DNA of 61,486 nucleotides from Candidatus Limnocylindria bacterium. Lineage in GTDB: Bacteria > Chloroflexota > Limnocylindria > P2-11E. The first letter of the stretch is position 1. Each line of letters begins with the position of its first letter. Both the position numbers and the translations under genes were made by a program. The DNA lies in the NCBI GenBank assembly GCA_041493915.1, contig JBGPZT010000002.1, forward strand, positions 1 to 61,486, written 5' to 3'. Positions 43,688-53,177 of the stretch are shown here, piece after piece. The notes under the pieces were generated by a model. That model was not told the origin of the DNA. It worked only from the letters and a program-made list of their open reading frames with translations, and searched no databases.

Positions 43688-44150
43688 CGCGCTCGCGGTT
43701 GCGCTCGTCCTCGTGGCGTGCGCGCCGCGGCCCGTCACCACCCAGCGCACGGCGACGCCGGCTGTCATCGTCCTGCCGACCGAGCTGCCGAACGGGCGGG
43801 TCGAGCTCGCATTGCAGCCGAGCTATGTCCTCGGCGCGCCGACGCGCGTCGACGTCGCGATAGTGGCGACGAGCGGCACGATCACCGGCCCGACGGAGGC
43901 GCGGGTGATGGCGAGCGGCATCAACGAGGGCGGCTCGCCGGCCGAGGTCCTCGTGCGCCGACTCGACGCGCGCACGGCCACCGCGAGCCCCGGTCGCCCC
44001 GCGACGACGTTCGTGACGTGGGACGGTGAGGATGAGTTCGGAGTGCGTGTTCCGGCGGACGCATACGTGCTGCTCCTCGAGTTCGAGTCGAATGACGGCG
44101 GGAGCACGCGCACGATCCGAGCGACGGCGACGCTGGAGATGAACGACTAA
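43671..44150 (+). CDS. Hypothetical lipoprotein (Ig-like beta domain)
   Basis: GTG start at 43671, lipobox LVACAP, and TFVTWDGEDEFGVRVPADAYVLLLEF resembling FlgD-Ig-like sandwiches. Confidence 0.45.
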   Translation: MWRPVSALAVALVLVACAPRPVTTQRTATPAVIVLPTELPNGRVELALQPSYVLGAPTRVDVAIVATSGTITGPTEARVMASGINEGGSPAEVLVRRLDARTATASPGRPATTFVTWDGEDEFGVRVPADAYVLLLEFESNDGGSTRTIRATATLEMND

Positions 44151-44160
44151 CATCGAATGC

Positions 44161-44328
44161 GTGCCCGTCGATAAACAGCTGCTCGAGATCCTTGTCTGCC
44201 CCGCGGACCATGGTCCGCTCACCGAGGAAGGCGACCGCCTCATCTGCGGCCGCTGCCGCCGTCGGTATCCGGTCCGCGATGGCATCCCGGTGATGCTCAT
44301 CGAAGAGGCCGAGCAGCCCGCGTCCTAG
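44161..44328 (+). CDS. Trm112/UPF0434-family small zinc-ribbon protein (55 aa, not in ORF track)
   Basis: Translation from GTG: VPVDKQLLEILVCPADHGPLTEEGDRLICGRCRRRYPVRDGIPVMLIEEA. Confidence 0.65.
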   Translation: MPVDKQLLEILVCPADHGPLTEEGDRLICGRCRRRYPVRDGIPVMLIEEAEQPAS

Positions 44329-44369
44329 AACGGAAGGAGCCCTCTCTGGCCACTCAGATCACACCCGAC

Positions 44370-45389
44370 ATGACCATCGCCTCGGTCGTCGACCGCTGGC
44401 CGGACTCCGCGCGGATCTTCGCGCGCTACACCCTCGGTTGCGCGTCGTGCGCGATCAGCAAGAGCGAGACGATCGCGCAGGCCGCTGCCGGACACGGCGC
44501 CGGTCGCGTCAAGCTCGAGGATCTCATCGGCGAGCTCAACGTATTCGCCGACACTGGCAAGCTGCCTGAGGGCGCGCCGCCCGCACCGTCGCTCGCAGCG
44601 AAGGGCGTGCCGCGCGGCATGGCGGAGCAGAAGGGCATCAAGCACGTCATCGCGGTCATGTCCGGCAAGGGTGGCGTGGGGAAGTCCCTTGTCGCGGGTC
44701 TGCTCGCGGTCGGACTGAAGCGGCGCGGCTTCAGTGTCGGCGTGCTCGACGGCGATATCACCGGTCCGTCGATCCCGCGGATGTTCGGCGTGCGCGAGAA
44801 GCCGATGTCGGCGGACGGCAAGACCCTCGTTCCGCCGAAGTCGCGCGGCGGCATCCCGATCATGTCGATGAACCTCATCCTGCCCAGCGAAGAGGAAGCG
44901 GTGATCTGGCGCGGGCCGATGGTCTCGGGCGCGATCCGCCAGTTCTTCAGCGACGTGCAGTGGGGTGAGCTCGACTACCTCATCGTCGATCTCCCCCCGG
45001 GCACGAGCGACGCGCCGCTCACCGTCATGCAGGCGCTGCCGGTCGATGGCGTCGTGCTTGTGACCACGCCCCAGGCGCTCGCGACGATGATCGTCATGAA
45101 GGCCGTGAAGCTCGTGAAGCAGCTCGGCGGCGAGATCATCGGCGTCGTCGAGAACATGGCCTACGTGACGCTTCCCGACGGTCAGCATCTCGAGGTGTTC
45201 GGTCCGTCGCAGGGCCTGAAGCTCGTCATCGCCTCGAACGCGCCGCTGATGGGGAAGCTCCCCATCGATCCCGTGATCGCGCGTGACGCCGACAACGGCG
45301 ACATCGAGAGCTACACCTCCCCGGAGACGGACGAGCTGGTCGAGAACTTCATGCTCGTCGCGCCGCTGAAGGAGCCGGTCCGGGCCTAG
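44370..45389 (+). CDS. Mrp/NBP35 (ApbC) Fe-S cluster carrier ATPase with an N-terminal DUF1858-like domain
   Basis: Has an N-terminal ...WPDSARIFARYTLGCASC..., then the deviant Walker A VMSGKGGVGKS and DYLIVDLPPGTSD. Confidence 0.85.
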   Translation: MTIASVVDRWPDSARIFARYTLGCASCAISKSETIAQAAAGHGAGRVKLEDLIGELNVFADTGKLPEGAPPAPSLAAKGVPRGMAEQKGIKHVIAVMSGKGGVGKSLVAGLLAVGLKRRGFSVGVLDGDITGPSIPRMFGVREKPMSADGKTLVPPKSRGGIPIMSMNLILPSEEEAVIWRGPMVSGAIRQFFSDVQWGELDYLIVDLPPGTSDAPLTVMQALPVDGVVLVTTPQALATMIVMKAVKLVKQLGGEIIGVVENMAYVTLPDGQHLEVFGPSQGLKLVIASNAPLMGKLPIDPVIARDADNGDIESYTSPETDELVENFMLVAPLKEPVRA

Positions 45390-45413
45390 GTCCGCGTTCG
45401 CTACCCTTCGCGC

Positions 45414-46658
45414 GTGCTCGCACGCGCGCGCCAGCATTCCGGCGGCATCTATCTCTTCGTCGCGACCTCCGTCGCGAACGTCCTCGGGTTCGGCTATCAG
45501 GTCGTCATGGCGCGGCTGCTCCGACCCGAGGAGTACGCAGTGCTCACCGCGCTGTTCGGGATCCTGATCCTCGAGTCCATCTCGAGCCAGGTCATCCAGT
45601 CCGCGACAGCCAAGCTCGCTGCCCAGTACCGCGCCCGCGACGAGGAGGCGGCGCTCCACGCGTTCGTCCGCCGCTGGGCGGTTCGCGTGGGCGGCGGAGC
45701 GGCCGCGGTCGGGCTGCTCGTCGCCCTGCTCTCCGGCGCTATCGCGGGTGCTCTCGCCCTGCCTGCGCTCTCGGTCGCGCTGCTCGGCCTGACGCTGTTC
45801 TTCGCGCTCGTGTTCACGTTCGGCCTGGGTCTGCTGCAGGGGCTCGCGCGCTTCGTGTGGATGGGCACCGCGCTCATCGCGCAGGCCGGCAGCCGTCTCG
45901 CGGTCGGCGGCGTGCTCGTGCTTGCGGGCTTCAGCGTCGACGGTGCGTTCACCGGCGCGACCGCGGCGATCGCGATCAGCCTCGTCGTCCTGGCCGTGCC
46001 GCTCGTTCCTCTGTTTCGTGCTGCGCGCGGAAGCCGAGTGGAACACGAGCTCGGTCCCCAGGAAACGCGCTTCTTCGCGTTGTCCGCCGTCGTCCTGCTC
46101 GCGTACGCGGCGCTTGTGAACATGGATGCAGTCCTCGCGCGCTCGCTCCTCACAGCCGAGCAGGCCGGCGCCTACGCGGGCGCGATCACGATGGGGAAGA
46201 TCGTCCTCTTCGCACCCATCGCGATCGGCTTCCTGCTCCTCGAACGCACCGCGCGAGCGCACGCGCGCGGAGAAGACACCGACCGCGCGCTGTATCTCGC
46301 GCTTGCCTTCGTGCTCGCGACGAGTGGCCTCGTCGCGGTCGCCTACATCATGCTGCCCGAGTTCCTCGTGCCGATCGTCGTGGGCTCGCAGTACCCGGAG
46401 ACGGTGAAGATCGTCGGTACGTACGGGGTCGCCGCGCTCGCGAACGCACTGCTCAATCTGTGGATCTCGTACTTCATCGGACGCGGTGAGATGCGCGTGG
46501 GCCTGCTGCTGGCGGTCGCGGTCGTTGCGGAGCTTGCGCTGCTGCTGACGAGAGCGACCGACCCTCTCGCGATGGCGCGCATCGTCCTCGTCGTCGCGCT
46601 CGCGACCCAGACGGCGGCGGTCGCGACGTTCGTGGTGAGAAAAGCGCGCGCCGGCTAA
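45414..46658 (+). CDS. MOP-superfamily flippase-like polytopic membrane protein
   Basis: 414 aa with 12 or more TMs. The N-terminal pattern SVANVLGFGYQVVMARLL..EEYAVL is typical of oligosaccharide/polysaccharide flippases. Confidence 0.65.
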   Translation: MLARARQHSGGIYLFVATSVANVLGFGYQVVMARLLRPEEYAVLTALFGILILESISSQVIQSATAKLAAQYRARDEEAALHAFVRRWAVRVGGGAAAVGLLVALLSGAIAGALALPALSVALLGLTLFFALVFTFGLGLLQGLARFVWMGTALIAQAGSRLAVGGVLVLAGFSVDGAFTGATAAIAISLVVLAVPLVPLFRAARGSRVEHELGPQETRFFALSAVVLLAYAALVNMDAVLARSLLTAEQAGAYAGAITMGKIVLFAPIAIGFLLLERTARAHARGEDTDRALYLALAFVLATSGLVAVAYIMLPEFLVPIVVGSQYPETVKIVGTYGVAALANALLNLWISYFIGRGEMRVGLLLAVAVVAELALLLTRATDPLAMARIVLVVALATQTAAVATFVVRKARAG

Positions 46659-47341
46659 AGCTGGGTCGCGTCCACCAGGCCGTTGCGGACGGCGTAGATC
46701 GCGGCCTGCGTGCGGTCCGAGACGTTCAGCTTCTCGAGGATCGCGGCGACGTGGCTCTTCACCGTCTCGGGCGAGAGCACGAGCTTGTCGGCGATCTCGC
46801 GATTGGAGAGTCCCTCGGCGACAAGGCCCAGGATCTCGCGCTCGCGCTTGGTGAGATTCTTCGCGGCCGATGGCACCGGACCCGCGGGCTTCATCTCGCT
46901 CAGCATCCCGCGGAGCAGCTTCGACTCGATGAACGCGCCGCCGGTCGACACCTGACGGATCGCGTCGACGAGCTCTTCCTTCGAGACGTCCTTTAAGAGG
47001 TAGCCCGCGGCGCCGGCGCGCACGGCGTCACGGAGGTACGCCGGGTTGTCGTGCATCGTGACCATGATCACGGCGGTGCGCGGGCGCTCCTCTTTGATGC
47101 GTTTGGTGGCCTCGAGGCCGTCCATGTCGGGCATACGCACATCCATGAGGACGACGTCGGGCAGATCCCGGCGGGTGGCCTCGATCGCCTCGCGCCCGGT
47201 CCGCGCTTCGCCGACGACCTCGATGCCGTCGGCGTTGAGGAGCATCGCCGCGACACCCTGTCGGACCAGCTCGTGGTCATCGACGAGCAAGACACGTGTG
47301 GCCACGGCAGGATTGTATGGTCCACGGACGAAAGAGCTCAT
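46655..47341 (-). CDS. NarL/LuxR-family two-component response regulator
   Basis: The receiver has VLLVDDHELV and VVLMDVRMPDMDG. The HTH is LTKREREILGLVAEGLSNREIADKLVLSPETVKSHV. Confidence 0.9.
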   Translation of the reverse strand: MSSFVRGPYNPAVATRVLLVDDHELVRQGVAAMLLNADGIEVVGEARTGREAIEATRRDLPDVVLMDVRMPDMDGLEATKRIKEERPRTAVIMVTMHDNPAYLRDAVRAGAAGYLLKDVSKEELVDAIRQVSTGGAFIESKLLRGMLSEMKPAGPVPSAAKNLTKREREILGLVAEGLSNREIADKLVLSPETVKSHVAAILEKLNVSDRTQAAIYAVRNGLVDATQL

Positions 47342-47363
47342 CGCGCGCCTCTCGCGGTCGCGT

Positions 47364-47810
47364 TCAGTAAAGCGCGAGCCAGATGAGATAGACGATCAAC
47401 AGGATCACGGCGAGCACGAGCAGAACCAGGACGACCGTGCCAAGCGTGCCCAGCGCGCGCTGTGCCGTCGGAGCGCCCGCGATCCCGTCGATCATCTTCG
47501 CGAACTCCGCAGCGGTCGCGTCCTTCCGCAGCCATCCGCGCCCTTCCGGAAGTCGCCGCAGCAAAGCTCGGCCATCGGATTCGTTCCCAGACAGCACCAG
47601 AGTGGGGGCGCCGATGTGGATGCGGGTACCGCCGCTCAGCAGCTTCCCGTCAACGAGAGCAACGTTGGGCCGCCAATCGCGAAGGGCGGCTGCGTCCGTG
47701 GCACTCGCCACGCGCCGAACGTCGTAGCGGTCCTCGAGTCGCAGCAGCGTCTCGATGCCCGATCCGATTACAGGGTGCGCGATCACCAACAGCACCTTGG
47801 TCTGCTCCAA
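47364..47810 (-). CDS. Receiver-like (divergent) domain protein with a C-terminal transmembrane anchor
   Basis: Has KVLLVIAHPVIGSGIETLL...VALVDGKLL in a CheY-like layout but without the acidic DD pair. It ends with LGTVVLVLLVLAVILLIVYLIWLALY. Confidence 0.5.
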   Translation of the reverse strand: MEQTKVLLVIAHPVIGSGIETLLRLEDRYDVRRVASATDAAALRDWRPNVALVDGKLLSGGTRIHIGAPTLVLSGNESDGRALLRRLPEGRGWLRKDATAAEFAKMIDGIAGAPTAQRALGTLGTVVLVLLVLAVILLIVYLIWLALY

Positions 47811-47987
47811 CCTCGCTATTCAACGCCACGCGGCGCTCACGCGGACTCTTAGATAGGAGGAATCCCCCGAGCGAGCGACCGGGCTGTCGCTGATCGCCGA
47901 TCGTGTAGGGATTCGCGACACTGCTCTCCTACCAAACTCACACCAAGGTCTGATGGCGCAGTGCGACCAAAACGCGAGGCTATCCGC

Positions 47988-50900
47988 ATGCCAACCAGGG
48001 TCCTTGTAGCTGACGACCACCTCGCGATCCGCGAGGGCATCCGCTCGCTGCTTGCGGCGGATGACGAGCTCCTCGTCGTCGGCGAGGCCGCCGACGGCGT
48101 GCAGGCCAGCCGGATGGCCCTGGAGCTCAAGCCGGATCTGATCCTTCTGGACAACTCGATGCCGGGCAAGACCGGTCTCGAGGTCGCGCGGGAGCTGAGG
48201 CCGCTCCTGCCGGACGCCTCGATCGTCTTCCTGACGCTGGACCCAGGCATCCGCGACCTCGCCCTGGCTGTCGGCGCGGTCGCCCACATCTCGAAGGACA
48301 CCGCACCTCAGGAGACTCTCCGCATCCTGCGTCAGGTGGCGCAGCAGCGCGCCAAGGCGACGCCCGCCGAACTCACCGCGATCGAGCACACGCTTGCCGA
48401 CACGCTCGTCGCCGATCACCTGTTCACGAACGACCAGATGGAGCGTCTCGTCGCCGCGCGCGGGGCACGCGAGACTCTCTCGGCCGCGCTGATCCGCACC
48501 GCGCTCATTCCGGACATGCGCGCAGCGCAGGCTCTTTCGCGCGTCAGTGGTCGTCCGCTCGTCACGCTCGCACCTCGAGAGGAGAGCGGCGGGATCAAGT
48601 TCGGCCGCCGGTCCGTCAAGATCAGCGATCCGATCGATACGACCGTCGTGGCCCAGCTCGCGAAACGACTCTGCGAACAGCGCCGCGTCGTCCTCGTCAA
48701 GTTCGGTCGCAGCGAGGCGACGCTCGCCATGGCCGACCCGCTTGACGAACAGACCCCACGCGACGTAAAGGCCTTGCTCGGGAACGTGCCGGTGACGGTC
48801 GTGACCGCGAGCGCCGGCGAGATCGCCGCTGCGATCGCGCGTGGCTTCGCCACCTCCGCTCCGAAGGTCGCGCCGGTCGCCCTGATCGCGGGCTCCGCGC
48901 CGCGCGAGCGGACGCGCCGTCCACTTCTCCTCGTCGCCGCGGTCCTCGCGGCGCTCCTTCTCTTCGTGGCCGGATCCGCTGTGATCCTCGGGCCGGCCGC
49001 GAGCGCGGTCCAGGCGCGCGCGAATCTCACGATCTTCCAAGGCAATGTCGACGTCCGTCCCGCGGGTGGCGCATACGCGCCGGCCGGGACGGGCTCTGTC
49101 CTGCGTCAGGGCGACAGCGTTCGTACTAAGTCAGGGGCGAATGCCGCGCTCACCTTCTTCGATGGGTCCGTCGTCGTGCTCGAGTCGGGCACCGAGCTCG
49201 AGGTCGTCGAGCTTCGCGCTCTCTCGAGCGGCGCGATCGCCGCGACGCTGCGTCAAACGACTGGCACGACGTGGCACGTCGTCAGCCACCAGCCTTCGAC
49301 GAGCGCCCGTTATGCCATGACGACACCCACCTCGACCGCAAGCGTCACCGGTACCGCGTTCAGCGTGCGTGTCGATGCCACTGGCGCGACGACGATCAGC
49401 ACCACCGACGGTGCGGTCGACCTTCGCGGCGTGGACAGCGCCTCAAACGAGCTCGTCTCCGTCACCGCGGGCAACATGAGCGTCGTCGCGTCGAAGGGCA
49501 CCGCTCCTTCGGCCGCCAGCGCATTCGGGCAGCCTACGGTCACCTTCGTGCTCGAGGACTCACGTAACGCGGTCATCGTCGATCGCATGGGCCGCTCCGC
49601 TGGTGTCAGCGACGGCACGCTCGTCCGCTACATCCCCGGTTCGACGGTGCAGCGTGTCGACTCTGATGTCGTGGTCACGATCCCGAACACGGATGGCGAT
49701 CGCTTCGCTTCGGTCGTGTCACCGCTCGATCGCAGCGAGCAGACCGTGAGCGTCGTCGCCGAAGCGCACAGCTCGAGTGGCACGGTCGTGGGTAACGTCG
49801 CGGACACGCGCGCGGTCGTGGATGGCGTCGCGGTCGGCGGAGTTCGTGTTTCGACGAAGGAAGTTGTCGCCCTGAGCGACGAAGTCGTGCACACGCTTCC
49901 TGCGCCGGTCGCCGCGAGCGTGCCCTCCAACAATGGTTTCGATCTCTTCGTGCTGATCCGTCGGGAGCCCAGCGTCGCCGGTAACGCCGGCCCCGCCGGT
50001 CCCGCGGGCACACCAGGTCCCGCTGGCCCTCCCGGTCCTCAGGGTCCCACTGGCACGGCTGGCGTCGATGGCGCTCCGGGCGCGCAGGGTCCTGCCGGCG
50101 CGAGCGGTGCTCCAGGTTCCTTAGGCGCGAACGGTCTCAACGGGGCCGCTGGCCCGGCCGGTCCAGCGGGCGCACAGGGTCCCGCCGGTCCTGCCGGCGC
50201 GGGCGCCGCTGGTCCTGCTGGTCCTGCTGGTTCTGCTGGTGCCGCTGGCGCGAGTGGTGCGAACGGTGTTGATGGCGCGACTGGTCCCATCGGTGCGACC
50301 GGTGCGACCGGTGCAGCTGGCGCGAATGGTGTTGATGGTGCGACCGGAGCGACTGGTGCAACTGGTCCTACCGGCGCGGTCGGCGCGACCGGTGCGACCG
50401 GTGCAGCTGGCGCGAATGGTGTTGATGGTGCGACCGGTGCTGATGGAGCAACTGGTCCTACCGGCGCGGTCGGTCCTCAGGGTCCGATCGGTCCTGTCGG
50501 GCCCGTAGGTCCTACCGGCGCAACCGGTGCAACGGGCGCGACCGGTGCAACTGGTGCGACCGGCGTGGCTGGCGCGAACGGTGTTGATGGTGCGACCGGT
50601 GCCACTGGTGCTGATGGAGCAACTGGTCCTACTGGCGCGGTCGGTCCGCAGGGTCCGATCGGTCCTACCGGTGCAACGGGTGCGACCGGTCCCACCGGTG
50701 CGACCGGTGCGGCTGGAGCGAACGGTCTTGATGGTGCGACCGGAGCGACTGGTGCGACTGGTCCTACTGGCGCGGTCGGTCCGCAGGGTCCGATCGGTCC
50801 TGTCGGGCCCGTAGGTCCTACTGGTGCAACTGGTGCAACTGGTGCAACTGGTGCAACTGGTGCAACCGGTGCGGCTGGAGCGAACGGTGTTGATGGCGCG

Positions 50901-53177
50901 ACCGGTGCAACGGGCGCGACCGGTTCCACAGGTGCGACCGGTGCAGCTGGAACGAACGGTATTGATGGCGCGACCGGTGCAACGGGCGCGACCGGTTCCA
51001 CAGGTGCAACCGGTGCGACTGGCGCGACCGGCGCGACCGGCGCGACCGGCGCAACAGGCGCCACTGGTGCTGATGGAGCAACTGGTCCTACCGGCGCGGT
51101 CGGTGCTCAGGGTCCAATCGGTCCTACAGGTGCGACCGGCGCAACAGGTGCGACCGGTGCGACTGGCGCGAGCGGTGTTGATGGCGCAACTGGTGCAGCT
51201 GGTGCAACTGGTCCTACTGGTGCTACGGGCGCGACCGGAACCACCGGAGCAACTGGCCCGACCGGTGCGACTGGCGCTGATGGCGCGGTCGGTCCTCAGG
51301 GTCCGATCGGTCCACTCGGCCCCGTTGGTCCTACAGGTCCTACAGGTGCCACTGGCCCGACCGGCGCGAACGGTCCCACTGGTCCCACTGGTCCCACTGG
51401 CGCGAACGGCGCGACCGGTGCAACTGGTCCGACGGGCGCGAACGGCGCCACGGGTGCCACTGGTCCGACGGGCGCGAACGGCGCCACGGGTGCCACTGGT
51501 CCGACGGGCGCGAACGGCGCGACCGGTGCAACTGGTCCGACGGGCGCGAATGGCGTGACAGGCGCGACTGGCCCGACCGGCGCGAACGGTGCCACGGGTG
51601 CCACTGGCCCGACTGGCGCGACCGGCGCGACAGGTGCTACCGGGTTCGGCGCGCAGATTCAGAACAGCACCGTGAACGTGGCCCAGGAGCCGATCGTGAA
51701 CTTCACCGGCGGACTGCAAGCGGTCGACAACCCGGGTAACACGCGGACCGACGTGTCGATCGCGGCGACGATCTCGGGTGACAAGACCTTCACTGGCAAC
51801 ACGACCTTCACCGGCAATGTCTCGCAGACCGGGTCGGGTACGTTCGACACCGCCACCGGCAACGTGAACCTCAACGGCAACACCGCCGTCGCCAGTGGCA
51901 AGACCTTCACCGCAGGTGCCGGCACGACGACCGGCACGGCTGTGAACGTCGCGACCGGAAACGCCCTCGCCGGTGGCACCGCTCTCAACGTCGACACGGG
52001 TACATCCGCCTTCACTGGCAACGCGGTGAACATCGCGAGCACGGGGAACTTCACGGGCACGCTCGTGAACCTCGCGGCGAACACCACGACGGCCGGCACG
52101 GTGCTCGGCATCAGTGCGACGTCGCTGACCACCGGATCGGTGATCAACGCCAACCTCGGATCCGCTGTCTACACGAACAACCTCGGCGCGATCCGTCTGA
52201 CCGCGAACTCCGCCTCGAGCGGCACGCTCCTCGCGGTCTCCGGTACGACGCTCGGCGCGAACAACGGAACCGCGGCAAGCTTCGCGACCGGCACGCCGAC
52301 CGGTGTCGAGGACGTGACAAGCAGGGCCGTTCGCGTCGCGCTCGGCACAGTCGGAAACGGCTACTACGCGAATGCCGCGACCGGCTACACCGGCAACTTC
52401 CTCGAGCTCCAGGTGAACGGCGCGAACGTCTTCACCGTCTCCGGGACGAACGTGAACACGACCGCAAACTTCACGCTGAGCGGCGCGGCGACCTTCACGA
52501 CCGGCACGGGTGCGGTGACGCTGAACGGCAACACGACGATCAGCGGCGCGAACACCTTCACCACCGGCACGGGTGCCGTCACGATCGGCGGCCCCACCAC
52601 TCACAACGGCAGCCTCGCAGTCAGCGGCGCGAACACGTTCACGATGGCCACCGGCGCCGTCAACCTGGGCACGGGTGCCCTGACGATCGGCGGCGCCACG
52701 ACTCATAACAACAGCCTCACCGTCAGCGGCGCGAATACCTTCACAGTCGGCACTGGCCTCACGAGCCTCGGCGGCGGCGCCACGATCACGGGTGGCAACC
52801 TCAACCTCGGCAACAATACGAGCACCGCCCACATCATCGCGGCCCAGGCGACCGGCCCGGCACTGACGAACGGCACGAACGCTACGTGCACCTTCCCGGC
52901 GGGCGCGAACGCGAACTCCGACACGTCCGGTGAGGTTCAGTTCGTCATGGGTGGGGCGGGCACGGCCAACGCCGCGATCTGCACGCTGACCTTCCAAACG
53001 GCCTTCGCCGCAGCGCCCACGGCCATCATGTCGTGGTCGAACAGTGCGGCGGCGTTGATCCCCGAAGCGACCAGGCCGTTCGTCACGACGACCACGACCA
53101 CGATGATCATCACGAACAACACGACTGGGCTGGCCGCCGGCACCTACAAGATCTTCTACACAGTCATCGGCCGGTAG
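47988..53177 (+). CDS. Giant multidomain protein: receiver, GspE_N/MshEN-like, TM, FecR, Ig-like region, collagen-like Gly-X-Y, T/G/N-rich repeats and a globular C-terminus
   Basis: The ATG at 47988 has GAGG 8 nt upstream. REC: [21 protein letters not shown]. GspE_N-like: [19 protein letters not shown]...[42 protein letters not shown]: [22 protein letters not shown]. FecR: [36 protein letters not shown]. It has about 185 GXY triplets, then repeats such as [13 protein letters not shown]. Confidence 0.9.
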   Translation: MPTRVLVADDHLAIREGIRSLLAADDELLVVGEAADGVQASRMALELKPDLILLDNSMPGKTGLEVARELRPLLPDASIVFLTLDPGIRDLALAVGAVAHISKDTAPQETLRILRQVAQQRAKATPAELTAIEHTLADTLVADHLFTNDQMERLVAARGARETLSAALIRTALIPDMRAAQALSRVSGRPLVTLAPREESGGIKFGRRSVKISDPIDTTVVAQLAKRLCEQRRVVLVKFGRSEATLAMADPLDEQTPRDVKALLGNVPVTVVTASAGEIAAAIARGFATSAPKVAPVALIAGSAPRERTRRPLLLVAAVLAALLLFVAGSAVILGPAASAVQARANLTIFQGNVDVRPAGGAYAPAGTGSVLRQGDSVRTKSGANAALTFFDGSVVVLESGTELEVVELRALSSGAIAATLRQTTGTTWHVVSHQPSTSARYAMTTPTSTASVTGTAFSVRVDATGATTISTTDGAVDLRGVDSASNELVSVTAGNMSVVASKGTAPSAASAFGQPTVTFVLEDSRNAVIVDRMGRSAGVSDGTLVRYIPGSTVQRVDSDVVVTIPNTDGDRFASVVSPLDRSEQTVSVVAEAHSSSGTVVGNVADTRAVVDGVAVGGVRVSTKEVVALSDEVVHTLPAPVAASVPSNNGFDLFVLIRREPSVAGNAGPAGPAGTPGPAGPPGPQGPTGTAGVDGAPGAQGPAGASGAPGSLGANGLNGAAGPAGPAGAQGPAGPAGAGAAGPAGPAGSAGAAGASGANGVDGATGPIGATGATGAAGANGVDGATGATGATGPTGAVGATGATGAAGANGVDGATGADGATGPTGAVGPQGPIGPVGPVGPTGATGATGATGATGATGVAGANGVDGATGATGADGATGPTGAVGPQGPIGPTGATGATGPTGATGAAGANGLDGATGATGATGPTGAVGPQGPIGPVGPVGPTGATGATGATGATGATGAAGANGVDGATGATGATGSTGATGAAGTNGIDGATGATGATGSTGATGATGATGATGATGATGATGADGATGPTGAVGAQGPIGPTGATGATGATGATGASGVDGATGAAGATGPTGATGATGTTGATGPTGATGADGAVGPQGPIGPLGPVGPTGPTGATGPTGANGPTGPTGPTGANGATGATGPTGANGATGATGPTGANGATGATGPTGANGATGATGPTGANGVTGATGPTGANGATGATGPTGATGATGATGFGAQIQNSTVNVAQEPIVNFTGGLQAVDNPGNTRTDVSIAATISGDKTFTGNTTFTGNVSQTGSGTFDTATGNVNLNGNTAVASGKTFTAGAGTTTGTAVNVATGNALAGGTALNVDTGTSAFTGNAVNIASTGNFTGTLVNLAANTTTAGTVLGISATSLTTGSVINANLGSAVYTNNLGAIRLTANSASSGTLLAVSGTTLGANNGTAASFATGTPTGVEDVTSRAVRVALGTVGNGYYANAATGYTGNFLELQVNGANVFTVSGTNVNTTANFTLSGAATFTTGTGAVTLNGNTTISGANTFTTGTGAVTIGGPTTHNGSLAVSGANTFTMATGAVNLGTGALTIGGATTHNNSLTVSGANTFTVGTGLTSLGGGATITGGNLNLGNNTSTAHIIAAQATGPALTNGTNATCTFPAGANANSDTSGEVQFVMGGAGTANAAICTLTFQTAFAAAPTAIMSWSNSAAALIPEATRPFVTTTTTTMIITNNTTGLAAGTYKIFYTVIGR
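49980..51650 (+). repeat. Collagen-like Gly-X-Y coding array (about 1.67 kb) with nested higher-order repeats
   Basis: Uninterrupted GGN-NNN-NNN periodicity except one extra Gly-Ala ([14 protein letters not shown]). A 53-bp stretch is identical at 50294-50346 and 50384-50436. The module GPTGAVG(P/A)QGPIGP recurs 5 times. Confidence 0.9.
51390..51641 (+). repeat. Seven tandem 36-bp units encoding [12 protein letters not shown] (last unit degenerate)
   Basis: Units start at 51390, 51426, 51462, 51498, 51534, 51570 and 51606. Units 2 and 3 are identical, and the others differ at a few mostly synonymous sites. Confidence 0.85.

Noticed and set aside
44325-46262. Long antisense or out-of-frame ORFs with Arg/Ala/Gly/Pro-rich translations. 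Examples: 44325-46262(-), 16362-18089(-), 10208-11446(-), 12255-13289(-), 39433-40452(-), 5069-5896(+), the 5' two-thirds of 23321-25516(+), 7000-7857(+), 14210-15295(+), 37532-38851(+), 42401-43768(-).
   Set aside because: These are typical shadow ORFs of a very GC-rich genome. Each overlaps a gene on another frame or strand that carries clear catalytic or family motifs, and their translations show no motifs.
47811-47987. Inverted 7-mers GGAATCC(C) and GGGATTC about 45 nt apart in the divergent region upstream of the giant gene, considered as a possible NarL-type site.
   Set aside because: The arms are short and chance occurrence is plausible. No second copy or known consensus supports it.
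50121-52997. A 958-aa minus-strand ORF and many other 60-250-aa ORFs in all frames across the collagen-like region.
   Set aside because: The GGN-NNN-NNN repeat composition keeps every frame open. The products are low-complexity R/T/G/A strings, and only the Gly-X-Y frame is continuous with recognisable N- and C-terminal domains.
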